Virus record (IMG/VR): IMGVR_UViG_3300014656_000036
Coordinates: 1-52,888 of that record
DNA: 52,888 bases
Reading direction: 5' to 3' (one strand)
Origin: a virus
Taxonomy: Duplodnaviria > Caudoviricetes
In this document: positions 1-9,045 of the stretch, piece by piece
Layout of the letters: each line of letters opens with the position of its first letter
Position numbering within the stretch: position 1 is the stretch's first letter
Notes under the pieces: generated by a model
What the model saw: only the letters and a program-made list of their open reading frames with translations
The model's database searches: none
Told to the model about the DNA's origin: nothing
Made by a program: the position numbers and the translations under genes

Positions 1-123
1 ATTCGGCACGAGCAAATTCAATAAGTCAACACGGTCTGCAAAACGCATCTCGTGTTTATGTAGTGCAACATCTTCTGGGTTTTCCCAGTCACACTTCTTT
101 CCCAATTCCCTCTCATACTGTGC
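1..123. repeat. 123-bp terminal direct repeat, identical to 52766..52888 (circular assembly overlap)
   Basis: Sequence attcggcacg...tactgtgc is identical at both ends and falls inside an ORF. Confidence 0.95.
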
Positions 124-177
124 AACTTTGTTCTGATAATCCTGCAATCTTAATGACGCGTCTTTGAACTCATTCAT
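1..177 (-). CDS. 5' part of the Zn-ribbon/HTH protein that continues across the circular junction into 52765..52394
   Basis: ATG at 177 with AGGAG upstream; reads MNEFKDASLRLQDYQNKVAQYERELGKKCDWENPED, in frame with ORF 52394..52870. Confidence 0.85.
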   Translation of the reverse strand, partial: MNEFKDASLRLQDYQNKVAQYERELGKKCDWENPEDVALHKHEMRFADRVDLLNLLVPN

Positions 178-545
178 TGTCTTAGCTCCTTATTAGAAAT
201 TATTAAATAACACCTACCAGTTACTAACCCATCCCGCAATACATCATCTGTCCAGCAAGTAAACCCTCTAAAATTTCCTTGACTCCCTCGGTAAAAGTTT
301 TGAACAATCTACTTTTGCTACCCGTCATATAACTGCCCATAATGGCCTATAACTGACTTATACTACATACCTATACATAATACATACCTGAATAAAACCA
401 TAGTTAGTGATATTCCCATCTTGTTGTATATGTAGTGATTTTTGTTCATAACTTTTTTCGAGCGAATCACTTTTATTTTACTGAGTTTACTACCCTGGCA
501 GATGACCGATTGCCAGACAGCATAGTAACCCACCAGTTAAGTTTA

Positions 546-893
546 CTACCTTTTCTTATATTGCAGCATTATCCCTATCAATCCTTTTATCTGCCCTTGT
601 AAATCTACAATAAAATGCCCATCTTCATCTTCTACTAAGAAAGCACTTCTATGGCTGCGTAAAACCAAACAAACAGTATTTGTTTCTTTTATTTGTTTGA
701 TTCTTAATCGTTGAATTGTCTTTAATTTTGCAGTTCCTACCTTTAGCTCTATCCATCCTTCTACTAATTTATGGCTAACATATATGTCTGGCATACCAAT
801 TTTCTGCATCAATCCGCCGTGGACTTTAAGAGTGAAGCAGCCCATCTGGGTTAATTCGTGAATCACTACTTTCTGAAATTCTCTTTCTTTCAT
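546..893 (-). CDS. VRR-NUC / PD-(D/E)xK nuclease (Holliday-junction resolvase-like)
   Basis: E...GMPDI...WIELK...Q motif pattern in 115 aa. Confidence 0.8.
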   Translation of the reverse strand: MKEREFQKVVIHELTQMGCFTLKVHGGLMQKIGMPDIYVSHKLVEGWIELKVGTAKLKTIQRLRIKQIKETNTVCLVLRSHRSAFLVEDEDGHFIVDLQGQIKGLIGIMLQYKKR

Positions 894-1116
894 ATCCCAT
901 TTCCTTTACTATGTATAAATATTCAGTATGACGCAGAAAACGTTTATGGCTGCATCGTTTATATTCCTCAACCGCAGCAAGGAACGCCTGATACTCTTCA
1001 TTATACTGTCCTGCTTCTATGTCTTTAACCGCAATAGGAACGCGTCGGCCAGATTTTCTCGGAATAATGCTTCCACAGTATTTGCAGACATTCCTGCCTT
1101 GTGCCTCTAAACACAC
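826..1116 (-). CDS. hypothetical protein (CxxC plus helical motif); start uncertain
   Basis: ORF in the co-oriented gene run; C-terminal YQAFLAAVEEYKR...YIVKEMGY. Confidence 0.5.
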   Translation of the reverse strand: MCLEAQGRNVCKYCGSIIPRKSGRRVPIAVKDIEAGQYNEEYQAFLAAVEEYKRCSHKRFLRHTEYLYIVKEMGYERKRISESSDSRINPDGLLHS

Positions 1117-1324
1117 AAAACCACCTTCGCTTAATTTTCATATAAACATTGTTTTTATGAACACGAACTTTAACCTCACTCGGCGTCATCGCAAGAGGGA
1201 CGCCGTGTCGCACCTGACTGCAATAATAACAAACACCTCGCCAAGCTTTTCTTCCAATCGTATTGCCGCATATTCTACATACCGAATTGCTTTTTGAATA
1301 AATCACAGAAGTCACTCTTTTCAC
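1025..1324 (-). CDS. hypothetical Zn-finger protein
   Basis: CRIC...CYYC pair; overlaps neighbours, so one of the overlapping starts may be wrong. Confidence 0.5.
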   Translation of the reverse strand: MKRVTSVIYSKSNSVCRICGNTIGRKAWRGVCYYCSQVRHGVPLAMTPSEVKVRVHKNNVYMKIKRRWFCVFRGTRQECLQILWKHYSEKIWPTRSYCG

Positions 1325-1490
1325 CCATTCTTCCTTTTAATCGGTGATAAGCCTCAGCGAGCTTGCCGAACTTTACAGCATTGCCGCCTTTGTCTGGATG
1401 ATTCTTCAGGGCAAGACGACGATAGTTTCTTTGCAGGTCAGCTTCGCTTTTCGGCTGCTCCATCAAAATTAGTGCATCATTCTTCGTCAT
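1275..1490 (-). CDS. small J-domain (DnaJ-like) protein
   Basis: YRRLALKNHPDKGG...F..L.EAY; ATG at 1490 overlapping the upstream gene end is the likely start. Confidence 0.8.
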   Translation of the reverse strand: MTKNDALILMEQPKSEADLQRNYRRLALKNHPDKGGNAVKFGKLAEAYHRLKGRMGEKSDFCDLFKKQFGM

Positions 1491-1875
1491 AATTCGGCTG
1501 CTCAATAAGCCCATATCGTAGAAACTCTTCAACATCTTTATAAAGCTCTACTCCGCTGCACCAATGAAGAACGTGTTCCCGTTCACCGATAAGTATCACT
1601 CGCTTGCTCATCGCAAGGGCAAAGCCGAACTCCGCGTGGCGACCTCCGTGAGTAAGATTATCACCTGTGAGGGATACGAATACATTGCAGGCGTCGAGGT
1701 CTTCATAATCCCTCTTAGCTCTATTGTGCATTTGTTCCACAGTGGCATAAGAAGAATCTTCGGAGTGCCAGCGACTGGTTATTTTGTGTCCCATCGCCGC
1801 GAGCATATTAGCTAAAACGCAGGCCTCATTCTTGCGAGGGAAACTTGCAGCTATGTATATTTGGAGTTTTTTCAT
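1477..1875 (-). CDS. nucleoside 2-deoxyribosyltransferase / dNMP N-glycosidase-like protein
   Basis: IYIAASF...D..D..ACNVFV...GGRHAEFGFALA motif of the NDT/Rcl/MilB fold. Confidence 0.75.
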   Translation of the reverse strand: MKKLQIYIAASFPRKNEACVLANMLAAMGHKITSRWHSEDSSYATVEQMHNRAKRDYEDLDACNVFVSLTGDNLTHGGRHAEFGFALAMSKRVILIGEREHVLHWCSGVELYKDVEEFLRYGLIEQPNYDEE

Positions 1876-1936
1876 TCTGACCTCCCTGTCGTAGTTATTA
1901 TGTTTCTACGTTTCGAGTAGTTGTTTACACACAGCA

Positions 1937-2338
1937 TCATCCGATACACTTGCATAAAGGAATTATACTTGTAATTTTATATTTACTTAATGATTTGTTG
2001 TTCACTTTTGGATTAGAATCCAACACTTGTTTTCCATCCCAAATAACTACGTGCTCATCACCATTTTTTCTTATCCTTTTATAATTGGATTTTACTCCTA
2101 AGATGCAAACGGCATCTCTTATATCAACACTTAAAGAATTAGTAAAGGTTTTGAAATAAATACCAATTAGCCATCCATATTTTTGAATATATCTTATCAA
2201 AGAAGAATCTTCATACTTGTTAAGACGCCTTTTCTTACAAAAATTTTTGAAGTGCTGAGGAGTCGTATTGCACAGCATAGCAGCCACACAAGCCATACAA
2301 TCATTACTCTTAGGATGTTGTTTTATTATCTTCATCAA
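1937..2338 (-). CDS. peptidase C39-like protein
   Basis: Q...NDCMACVAAM, HVVIWDG..VLDSNP (C-H-D triad pattern). Confidence 0.6.
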   Translation of the reverse strand: MMKIIKQHPKSNDCMACVAAMLCNTTPQHFKNFCKKRRLNKYEDSSLIRYIQKYGWLIGIYFKTFTNSLSVDIRDAVCILGVKSNYKRIRKNGDEHVVIWDGKQVLDSNPKVNNKSLSKYKITSIIPLCKCIG

Positions 2339-3213
2339 AACTCCGCATTTTCCTTAACTTCACCAAAGAATCGTTTACAAAGTTTGAGGGACTTTATTTC
2401 CCATTCGAGTAGTTGTTTACGCACAGCATCATCATCTTTATCTACTGGCTGCAAAACTATTTCTTTTATTATTCGCAGCTTCATAAGTTCGTAGTTTCGT
2501 TTGAAATTCCCACTCCTGACAAACTTAATCAGGTTCTCCAGCATACTATCAGACCAGCAGTCACCTTCTAGAATTTTGATTATTCTATCGTTGATATTTG
2601 GTATATTTCTGGTTTCGTTTATCTTTACTGCTAAAATAGACCGATGAAGCCGTTTCACTCCCGGAACATTGTCGCTCGTATCACCAATAATTGCTCTGAA
2701 AAGTGGCATCTCAGAAGGTAAAACACCATATCGTTCTTTGACCTTTGTAGTATTCCAATAGTAGAGCTGTGACTGAAATGATTTTATCACTTCCACTTTA
2801 TCACAAATCAACTGCAAGAAGTCATTGTCGTCGGCGAAAACATACACAAAGAATCGTTTCTTGTTTAATAAAGCCAGCGTCGCTATCACATCATCAGCCT
2901 CATAGCCATCTAACTCGGCATACGGATATAAATGCGACAAGAATTCCTTGAATACTTTAACTCTGGGCCAAAACGTATCTGGCATCCGCCTTCGGCCTGC
3001 CTTATATTGTGGATACAATTCCTTTCGCTTATTATGAGGACTGTCCCAGCACGTTATTATTTGGGATTTTGGATGAAGCTTTTGCAGTTTTTCAAGAGTT
3101 CGAAGAAAACCGAACTCCATCCCTGTCGGCTGGTCTGAACTATTTTTAAGGAAATCTAATTTTTCGTAGCATTTCCTAACAAGCATCATTCCATCTATTA
3201 GTAACATATCCAC
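2335..3213 (-). CDS. 5'-3' exonuclease / flap endonuclease (PolI N-terminal, T5 D15-like)
   Basis: LLIDG, RKELYPQYKAGR, YEADDVIATL, DNDFLQL, GDTSDNVPGV. Confidence 0.92.
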   Translation of the reverse strand: MDMLLIDGMMLVRKCYEKLDFLKNSSDQPTGMEFGFLRTLEKLQKLHPKSQIITCWDSPHNKRKELYPQYKAGRRRMPDTFWPRVKVFKEFLSHLYPYAELDGYEADDVIATLALLNKKRFFVYVFADDNDFLQLICDKVEVIKSFQSQLYYWNTTKVKERYGVLPSEMPLFRAIIGDTSDNVPGVKRLHRSILAVKINETRNIPNINDRIIKILEGDCWSDSMLENLIKFVRSGNFKRNYELMKLRIIKEIVLQPVDKDDDAVRKQLLEWEIKSLKLCKRFFGEVKENAEF

Positions 3214-3234
3214 CTCACAAACATAGCTGAAACA

Positions 3235-3408
3235 CTAAACACGAAGATGGCCAAAAGAATGACGACGATGATTTTTGCAACCTCGCCACTTAAAAATGAT
3301 GTCATACATTTTTTCCACATAAGTTTTATCCTTTTCTGTCATACTATCCTTCTCGAGGAGCAGGGTGAGATATCTCTCAGACCATCCGAGATTTCTAATT
3401 CTCGTCAC
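3235..3408 (-). CDS. small hypothetical protein
   Basis: 3' part of track ORF 3235..3495; GTG at 3408 preceded by GAGG. Confidence 0.45.
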   Translation of the reverse strand: MTRIRNLGWSERYLTLLLEKDSMTEKDKTYVEKMYDIIFKWRGCKNHRRHSFGHLRV

Positions 3409-3565
3409 CTTTTCCCTCAATGGTATATTCTTTCTTGTTGAATCTTTCATCTCTAACTTTCTTCGCTTTGCTTCGCGAAGGAAACTCCATAGCATTCGTT
3501 TTATTTGTATATCCTATTCCGTTCTTGTGCAGGTATAAACCGCTTTTGTGCCTGAGATAAAACAT
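3395..3565 (-). CDS. small hypothetical protein, 56 aa (not in ORF track)
   Basis: AGGAG RBS then ATG TTT TAT CTC...; MFYLRHKSGLYLHKNGIGYTNKTNAMEFPSRSKAKK... Confidence 0.55.
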   Translation of the reverse strand: MFYLRHKSGLYLHKNGIGYTNKTNAMEFPSRSKAKKVRDERFNKKEYTIEGKGDEN

Positions 3566-3582
3566 AATAAACTCCTAAACCT

Positions 3583-3601
3583 TCGTATAAACGACAAACG
3601 A
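3583..3601 (+). repeat. dispersed 19-bp intergenic motif TCGTATAA(G/A)CGAYRAACGA, copy 1
   Basis: Other copies at 12987, 25333, 26395 (reverse) and 37248. Confidence 0.85.
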
Positions 3602-3654
3602 CCATCGGGTAAGCCAATTACACTAACCGCACCTTATTTTAACGCTATAAAGGG

Positions 3655-5877
3655 CTACAAGCCACAGCTACCGCCGCCACAGGCAGGCGTTAAACCGGCA
3701 TTTAGCACAGTGTTCTCCTGCTCTATCATTTTCGTATAATCCACAGGACGATAATTTGTGATGAGATAATTCCACAGCATCTCATCTGCTTCGTTAATCA
3801 CTTCTTCTCTGGGACAAAATGGTATGTTCTTATCACTTGAGGCAGGTAAGAACGTCATCGACTTAACTCTATTTTTGTTGTCCCAAACGTGCTGCAAAAT
3901 GACTTCCCAATCTTGTGGCTCTATAACCACAGTAGCAGAGACATTATGAGTAAGAAGTTCACCTGTTTCTTTTTCCCACCCTCGTGTTCCCCATAAAACC
4001 CAATTTTCATAAACGTCTAAAACATTGTTTACAAATTGCAGGGCATCTACATTCTTAAGAGTTATAGCGTCGCTTGGAATCTCGACAGAGAAAGTTATAC
4101 ACCAGTCGCCATTCGGCTTTGTTTCAACCATCTGTGGATTCTTGCTGCGGAAATACTGTGCCACAGCTTCATTAGGATTTGCGGTTATACGACGAAAATA
4201 TCTGCGAGCGTGATGAGGGTGAATTCCGCTGCTCACACAGCCGAGTTCTAACGGAGCTGTCCCTCCTGGTTTAATGCAAGTGCATCGTGATGATGGATTT
4301 ATGTCAATAAGTTTTGCGATTGCAGCATTAGTATCAAGAACAAGAGCTGCTCCTGCATTCAGGCAAGCTTTGTTTAATCCTATCGCAGGATTATCCATTA
4401 TGCCGGTAAGTCCAACGCCGATTAAAGCATCACGTTTTGCAATTTCTTCTGTGACCCAGCTAAGATAAGGGAACTTTGTGTATCCTGCTTGAAGCGTTGC
4501 AATAATCGCAGCAGAGCGACAAGCTTGCAAAAATTGCTCTGATGTTTTGCAAGCCGCGACATTCACTTCTACTAAATTACAAAATCCAAATCCCGTTTCT
4601 CCCGTCATCAATTTTGGGTAGAGGCCAATTTCTCCACAGGGATTTGTTCCTTCATCATAATTATTAACAAATACGAATCCTGGTTCGCCAAAGGAATCCT
4701 TATTTATTTTCATTAACCTGAAAAATTGTTCTTTAGTGACTTCGCTGCGATTAAACACAACAGAGTTATTCGCCATCGCACGTTGGGAATTTATACCATT
4801 GAATTGGAAATTATTTTTGTCTTTGCAGTAAGTCATTTCGCCGTCTTCTCTACTAAAAAGTGCTATCAGAGAACTGCGTCGTATCCCTCCTGCAAGCACA
4901 GCTTCTGCGATATGACATATTATATCGTGGCATTCTATGGGTCGTAACTGCCTGCCTTGTGCTTTGTCTAAAAGGCCACGAATCGTTTCGAGCAGATGTT
5001 TAAGGCCAAGATGACCGGGAGCCTTCCCTCCAGAAGTTACAAGTGGACTTCCTTCGGGTCGAATTTTATTATATGAATATTCCGCATAGAAGCCATCCTT
5101 GTAGCTGAGAATTAAGAAGCTGACCGCATCGGCCCATCCTTCAATTGTGTCGGGTATTACAAAATGTTTTACAATGCTTCGCTTAATATAGCTAAGAGTA
5201 AAAAGTTTTTCCACGTGTTGAAACTGCACAGAGTAGCCAACACCGCAGCCACAAAGAAGAAGATATAAAATTTCTCCGAATACTTCCTGTCGGTCAATTA
5301 AAGTATAACTACAATTATACATTCTGGCATTGTGATTCGTTATTGCTGAACCTGCGAACTGCATAGAACGCATAGATGGAAGAACCTGTTTAGCATAGAC
5401 GTATTTGAATGCATCTTCAATGACGTCAAATACTATTTTTGTTTTTTCTCCTGTTGCATATCGTTGGATGTGCATTAGTTTGACCCGGTCAACAGTTTCT
5501 TTGAAAGTTTCACGGCGTTTAAGGTCTGGCAGGTGTCTGGCATATTTTGCATTGTGAATATAATCTGCTATCATAGCAGAGCCGGGAAATACTGTTCTTT
5601 GTCGTCGAAGTTCATCACGCGTTAGTCGATATTTTATGTAGTTCTCGCCAATAAGAGGATAGAAAAGGCGTAGGGATTTTTCCACCTCTCTTTGTATTTC
5701 ATCAATGCTTATGATATCGTGGTAATTTTCATTTATATTACCGGCAATATTCGCAATTAAGCTGCTCAAGTCAGGAATATTTCCCGGCTGAACATCATTA
5801 AACGCTGCAAGAATTGCCTTAACAATTTTCTTTTCATCAAACGGTTGTAGCTTACCATCACGTTTTTGCACTCTCAT
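3655..5877 (-). CDS. nrdJ: ribonucleotide reductase, class II (B12-dependent) with N-terminal ATP cone
   Basis: ATP cone VQKRDG...FDEKKI; LPSMRSMQFAG, YNCSY, GGIRRS, TNPCGEI, CNLVEVN, IKPGGT, C-terminal ACGGGSC; no beta subunit gene in the genome. Confidence 0.85.
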   Translation of the reverse strand: MRVQKRDGKLQPFDEKKIVKAILAAFNDVQPGNIPDLSSLIANIAGNINENYHDIISIDEIQREVEKSLRLFYPLIGENYIKYRLTRDELRRQRTVFPGSAMIADYIHNAKYARHLPDLKRRETFKETVDRVKLMHIQRYATGEKTKIVFDVIEDAFKYVYAKQVLPSMRSMQFAGSAITNHNARMYNCSYTLIDRQEVFGEILYLLLCGCGVGYSVQFQHVEKLFTLSYIKRSIVKHFVIPDTIEGWADAVSFLILSYKDGFYAEYSYNKIRPEGSPLVTSGGKAPGHLGLKHLLETIRGLLDKAQGRQLRPIECHDIICHIAEAVLAGGIRRSSLIALFSREDGEMTYCKDKNNFQFNGINSQRAMANNSVVFNRSEVTKEQFFRLMKINKDSFGEPGFVFVNNYDEGTNPCGEIGLYPKLMTGETGFGFCNLVEVNVAACKTSEQFLQACRSAAIIATLQAGYTKFPYLSWVTEEIAKRDALIGVGLTGIMDNPAIGLNKACLNAGAALVLDTNAAIAKLIDINPSSRCTCIKPGGTAPLELGCVSSGIHPHHARRYFRRITANPNEAVAQYFRSKNPQMVETKPNGDWCITFSVEIPSDAITLKNVDALQFVNNVLDVYENWVLWGTRGWEKETGELLTHNVSATVVIEPQDWEVILQHVWDNKNRVKSMTFLPASSDKNIPFCPREEVINEADEMLWNYLITNYRPVDYTKMIEQENTVLNAGLTPACGGGSCGL

Positions 5878-6826
5878 TTATGACTCCTATCTGCTTAAAG
5901 ATTTTGGTTAGTTCGTTAGTTCCTTCCGCGATATAATCACGACGCCATTGTAATTGTTCATCTCGGCATTTTTCCCATATAGATAAAAAATATGGGATAT
6001 CTCTTGCTTCTTGCACTACAAATTTATTAACATCATATCCAGCTTCTTCAAAGGTATGCACTGTGTTTATATCAAACACCATCGGCAGACCGGCAGAAAT
6101 ACATTCATAGAACCTATTAGCCGGGGAATTATAAAGTGTATGGGAGGGAGTATCTTCCATATAAACCATCATCTTAAATTGCTGCAAGAAAGGTAAGAGC
6201 TGTTCCGGCTTGCTGAATTCATCAAGACACGGATTCATATCTAAAAATAACTTCAAAGATTTTTTATTTGACGAAACATTAACAGGATAAAAATCTGTGG
6301 CATCTATTCCAAGATATTTTTCAAAATAAGCAGCCCTCTTTTTACGGAAGGCTCCAAAATATAAAACTCCTTCGTATAGAGGAACGCCAAAAGGAATTGG
6401 ATTATAAGATAACTTATTCCAATTCATATAAATACATTCAGTAGCCCAATTATACTGGACTGATTCTTTTTTCCATTCAAGTAATTTAGGCATATTGGAT
6501 ATAAAGATATTCGGCTTGCCAATTACAGCTTGTCTTATCTGTGTCGCAAGTGGATTTGCATAATCGTCAATGTGAGAGATTAATCTATCGCAGCGTTTCA
6601 GCGATTTACCTATTGCATATAATTTTTTACTTCCAACGTATTGATGATTCCCTACATTGATAATATCCCACCCTGTTAGGTCTAAATCTGCAAGGTCTTC
6701 GATATCATAGTAGCGATAATCAACTTTGTTATCTTGCAGAATCTTTTCTATGAAGCGAACTGTGTTGTGCCAGTGCTTCACCCAGAATTCTGTCTTAGAA
6801 AATGTAACTATTACACCGCCGGTCAT
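5858..6826 (-). CDS. GT-B glycosyltransferase, T4 DNA beta-glucosyltransferase-like
   Basis: YFGAFRKKR and ANRFYECISAGLPMVFD resemble the BGT nucleotide-sugar-binding motifs; position in the modification cluster. Confidence 0.65.
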   Translation of the reverse strand: MTGGVIVTFSKTEFWVKHWHNTVRFIEKILQDNKVDYRYYDIEDLADLDLTGWDIINVGNHQYVGSKKLYAIGKSLKRCDRLISHIDDYANPLATQIRQAVIGKPNIFISNMPKLLEWKKESVQYNWATECIYMNWNKLSYNPIPFGVPLYEGVLYFGAFRKKRAAYFEKYLGIDATDFYPVNVSSNKKSLKLFLDMNPCLDEFSKPEQLLPFLQQFKMMVYMEDTPSHTLYNSPANRFYECISAGLPMVFDINTVHTFEEAGYDVNKFVVQEARDIPYFLSIWEKCRDEQLQWRRDYIAEGTNELTKIFKQIGVINESAKT

Positions 6827-7695
6827 TTAATTTTCCTCTCTGAGGCTCTAATACCTAAAGCTTTTTGCCACTGAATACGAACATCTGTGCGATGAGTGGG
6901 GTTAGTCGATGTTCCACCCCAAGAACTTATCGTTTCTTTGTCCACAAGTTTTACCACAGAAGGATGAGCTGCTTGAAGAGCTTCGGCACTTTTTTGCAGC
7001 ACGTTTAAGTCACGATAACAAGATGCTCCACCTTTGGTGTTAGAGCCTCTTTGGTTATGAGCCCATTTGAAATTCACAGCGTTAAGATATCCCAGCTCTA
7101 TTAAGCTGAGAGTGATATGAAAATCATCCATCGTGTTAATTTCCGCCGATGTGCCAAACTTTAATTCTTCACCAAGAATAATCTGCCGGTCAAAGCCATA
7201 TATTCTATATGGCCGTCTGCACTCAAGCACCCAGTCATTAGGACTCGGCGTATCAATAAGTGCTTTATCCTCCAGATATTTGCTGTTCTGAAAATTCTGT
7301 TCCCTTGTGCTAATTGAGACGTGAGCATACTCTTGCAGAGCATTCTCAATCCATACCAGCATATTTTTTATATCTTCAGGTGCAGATTGAACAAGAGTTA
7401 CTTCATCCAATTCTGGCCGCACGAAGAAAGTTAGGTCATCATCCATCATAAGAATAAAATCGTGTGAGGATGAATCTATAATCCATTGCCTTGTTTCAGC
7501 AATATGAAAAGTTACTGGCAGGCCATAAACATCTATGCCTTTCCCAGATTGCATTGTAAATTTTTCATATTCCCCTTGCTGACCGTCAGGAACAACAATG
7601 GTGATAGGCCAGAAGTTTTGAATGCCTGCTCCTATGAGAGCATCTATTGTAAAAGGTTCGTTCCATCGGTTCATTGAAGGAATGTAAATATGCAT
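6823..7695 (-). CDS. GT-A glycosyltransferase, TAGT/GREB1/base-J glucosyltransferase-like
   Basis: MHIYIPSMNR, IAETRQWI, ILMMDDDL, MDDFHITLSL, SNTKGGASCYR, DVRIQWQKA. Confidence 0.75.
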   Translation of the reverse strand: MHIYIPSMNRWNEPFTIDALIGAGIQNFWPITIVVPDGQQGEYEKFTMQSGKGIDVYGLPVTFHIAETRQWIIDSSSHDFILMMDDDLTFFVRPELDEVTLVQSAPEDIKNMLVWIENALQEYAHVSISTREQNFQNSKYLEDKALIDTPSPNDWVLECRRPYRIYGFDRQIILGEELKFGTSAEINTMDDFHITLSLIELGYLNAVNFKWAHNQRGSNTKGGASCYRDLNVLQKSAEALQAAHPSVVKLVDKETISSWGGTSTNPTHRTDVRIQWQKALGIRASERKIK

Positions 7696-7698
7696 CTT

Positions 7699-9045
7699 TT
7701 ATCTCCCATCATATTTTTGTCTTGGACGTCCTTGATTAAGGCGGATACGTTCGTATTTATCAAACTCACATAAACTGTGTTCTATTTCCCGAAGTTCAAA
7801 TGGCGGATACTCCACTGCTCTGGCGGATAAAGGAAGTTCTTTATGCTTCTTAACGTGGTCTTGCAGAAATTCTTCAGATTCTGCCCATAAACAGACCATA
7901 GATTTTAAGCCGACGTCTTTATTAAAAGCAGGCATTCCTAATCTTTGCAGGCCTCTTTGTGCTCCTCCTCCCATATTCGCCCACGTTAAAACGTCTTCAG
8001 GGGTCTCAGAAAATAACGGTGTAAATCGTAAATCACAAGCTATTTCGTAAGCTACAAATTTTCCAATAAGGTATCCATTTAATAATTCTTCAAAGACAAT
8101 TTGCATTCTGTTTGATTTACAAGCATTAACTATCTTTGGAGCCATTTCCCAAGCTATTTTTGCTGCTCTACTATATGTATCAATTTTATCTTCAAAAGCT
8201 ACACCTGTTGTTAAATGAGCAGAGGTGAAAATTTTCTTACCTAAACTATGTTTATCGTGAAGCCAGTTTAGGTAGTCATCCAAATCATAAATGAATCCAT
8301 ACTCTTTGGCGTGTGTATCAAGATTAAATAATCGATACACCATTATATTAGCGGCAACTAATTTTTTATCTATGCTATCCGGAGTGCATCTATCGCTATT
8401 AGCATATAATTTTTTAATTTCTAGAAGGGCATCTTCCCTATTCTTATGATAAGTTCCAAAAGTGTATTTGTTATGCATCTTAAATTTTCCACGCCATAAG
8501 CCATCGTGGTCATCATAAACCATCTGGGAATTGTTATAACTGCACGACTGAGCATTTTGTGAATGAGTAATTCTTCTTAAATTTTTTCTTGCATTATTAA
8601 ACTTATTTCTATCTCTATGGTCAGTGTCTTCTGGACCTTTAGTATTTCTGTTTATAATATACCAATGAATAGGCCAAGTTTTTTGGTCTATTCTAATAAC
8701 TGGATAACCAGTATTAGATAAACAAACAGACCTACCTTCTACTAAAGGATAATCGTAAGAGTTTAACAATAATTTTTCTTTACAACTGGTCACAGGTATT
8801 TTAATTATTTTGTCACCGCTTAAATCTTGGTTACATTCTCCAGAAATAGTTCTTTGTAGAACAATTGTCCCTGTGTCAAGTTGGCGAAATACGTTTGTGA
8901 ATTTCCAATCCATAAATATAGCGTCTTTAGTCCACGGTTTCTTTTGTCCGTTTCGCCGTCTGCACCAGATGGAATGCCGTTCGTTAATCCAATCGAAAAA
9001 TTGTTTGGTCGTAGCAGTGCCAGTTACAAAATCATTCTTTCCCAT
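7699..9045 (-). CDS. aGPT-Pplase1 / 5hmdU-DNA-kinase helical-family protein with in-frame HNH-AP2 insertion
   Basis: FFDWINERHSIW...KPWTKDAIF..WKFTNVFRQLD, YRLFN, IGKFVAYEIACDL, GGGAQRGL, EIEHSLCEFDKY; insert carries DHRDRNKFNNARKNLR. Confidence 0.75.
   Translation of the reverse strand: MGKNDFVTGTATTKQFFDWINERHSIWCRRRNGQKKPWTKDAIFMDWKFTNVFRQLDTGTIVLQRTISGECNQDLSGDKIIKIPVTSCKEKLLLNSYDYPLVEGRSVCLSNTGYPVIRIDQKTWPIHWYIINRNTKGPEDTDHRDRNKFNNARKNLRRITHSQNAQSCSYNNSQMVYDDHDGLWRGKFKMHNKYTFGTYHKNREDALLEIKKLYANSDRCTPDSIDKKLVAANIMVYRLFNLDTHAKEYGFIYDLDDYLNWLHDKHSLGKKIFTSAHLTTGVAFEDKIDTYSRAAKIAWEMAPKIVNACKSNRMQIVFEELLNGYLIGKFVAYEIACDLRFTPLFSETPEDVLTWANMGGGAQRGLQRLGMPAFNKDVGLKSMVCLWAESEEFLQDHVKKHKELPLSARAVEYPPFELREIEHSLCEFDKYERIRLNQGRPRQKYDGR
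8380..8835 (-). mobile_element. HNH homing-endonuclease-like segment inserted in frame (approximate boundaries)
   Basis: aa ~71-222: HNH_3-type TDHRDRNKFNNARKNLRRITHSQN followed by AP2-like WRGKFKMHNKYTFGTYHKNREDA. Confidence 0.65.

Noticed and set aside
1275-1490. Stop-codon reassignment (TAG after the short J-domain)
   Set aside because: Long genes are intact in code 11, and TAG ends several genes at natural boundaries.
8380-8835. Canonical intein or group I intron
   Set aside because: Cys71 and Asn216-Ser217 could mimic splice junctions, but no HINT blocks are visible and the nuclease fills nearly the whole insert. Not fully excluded without a profile search.
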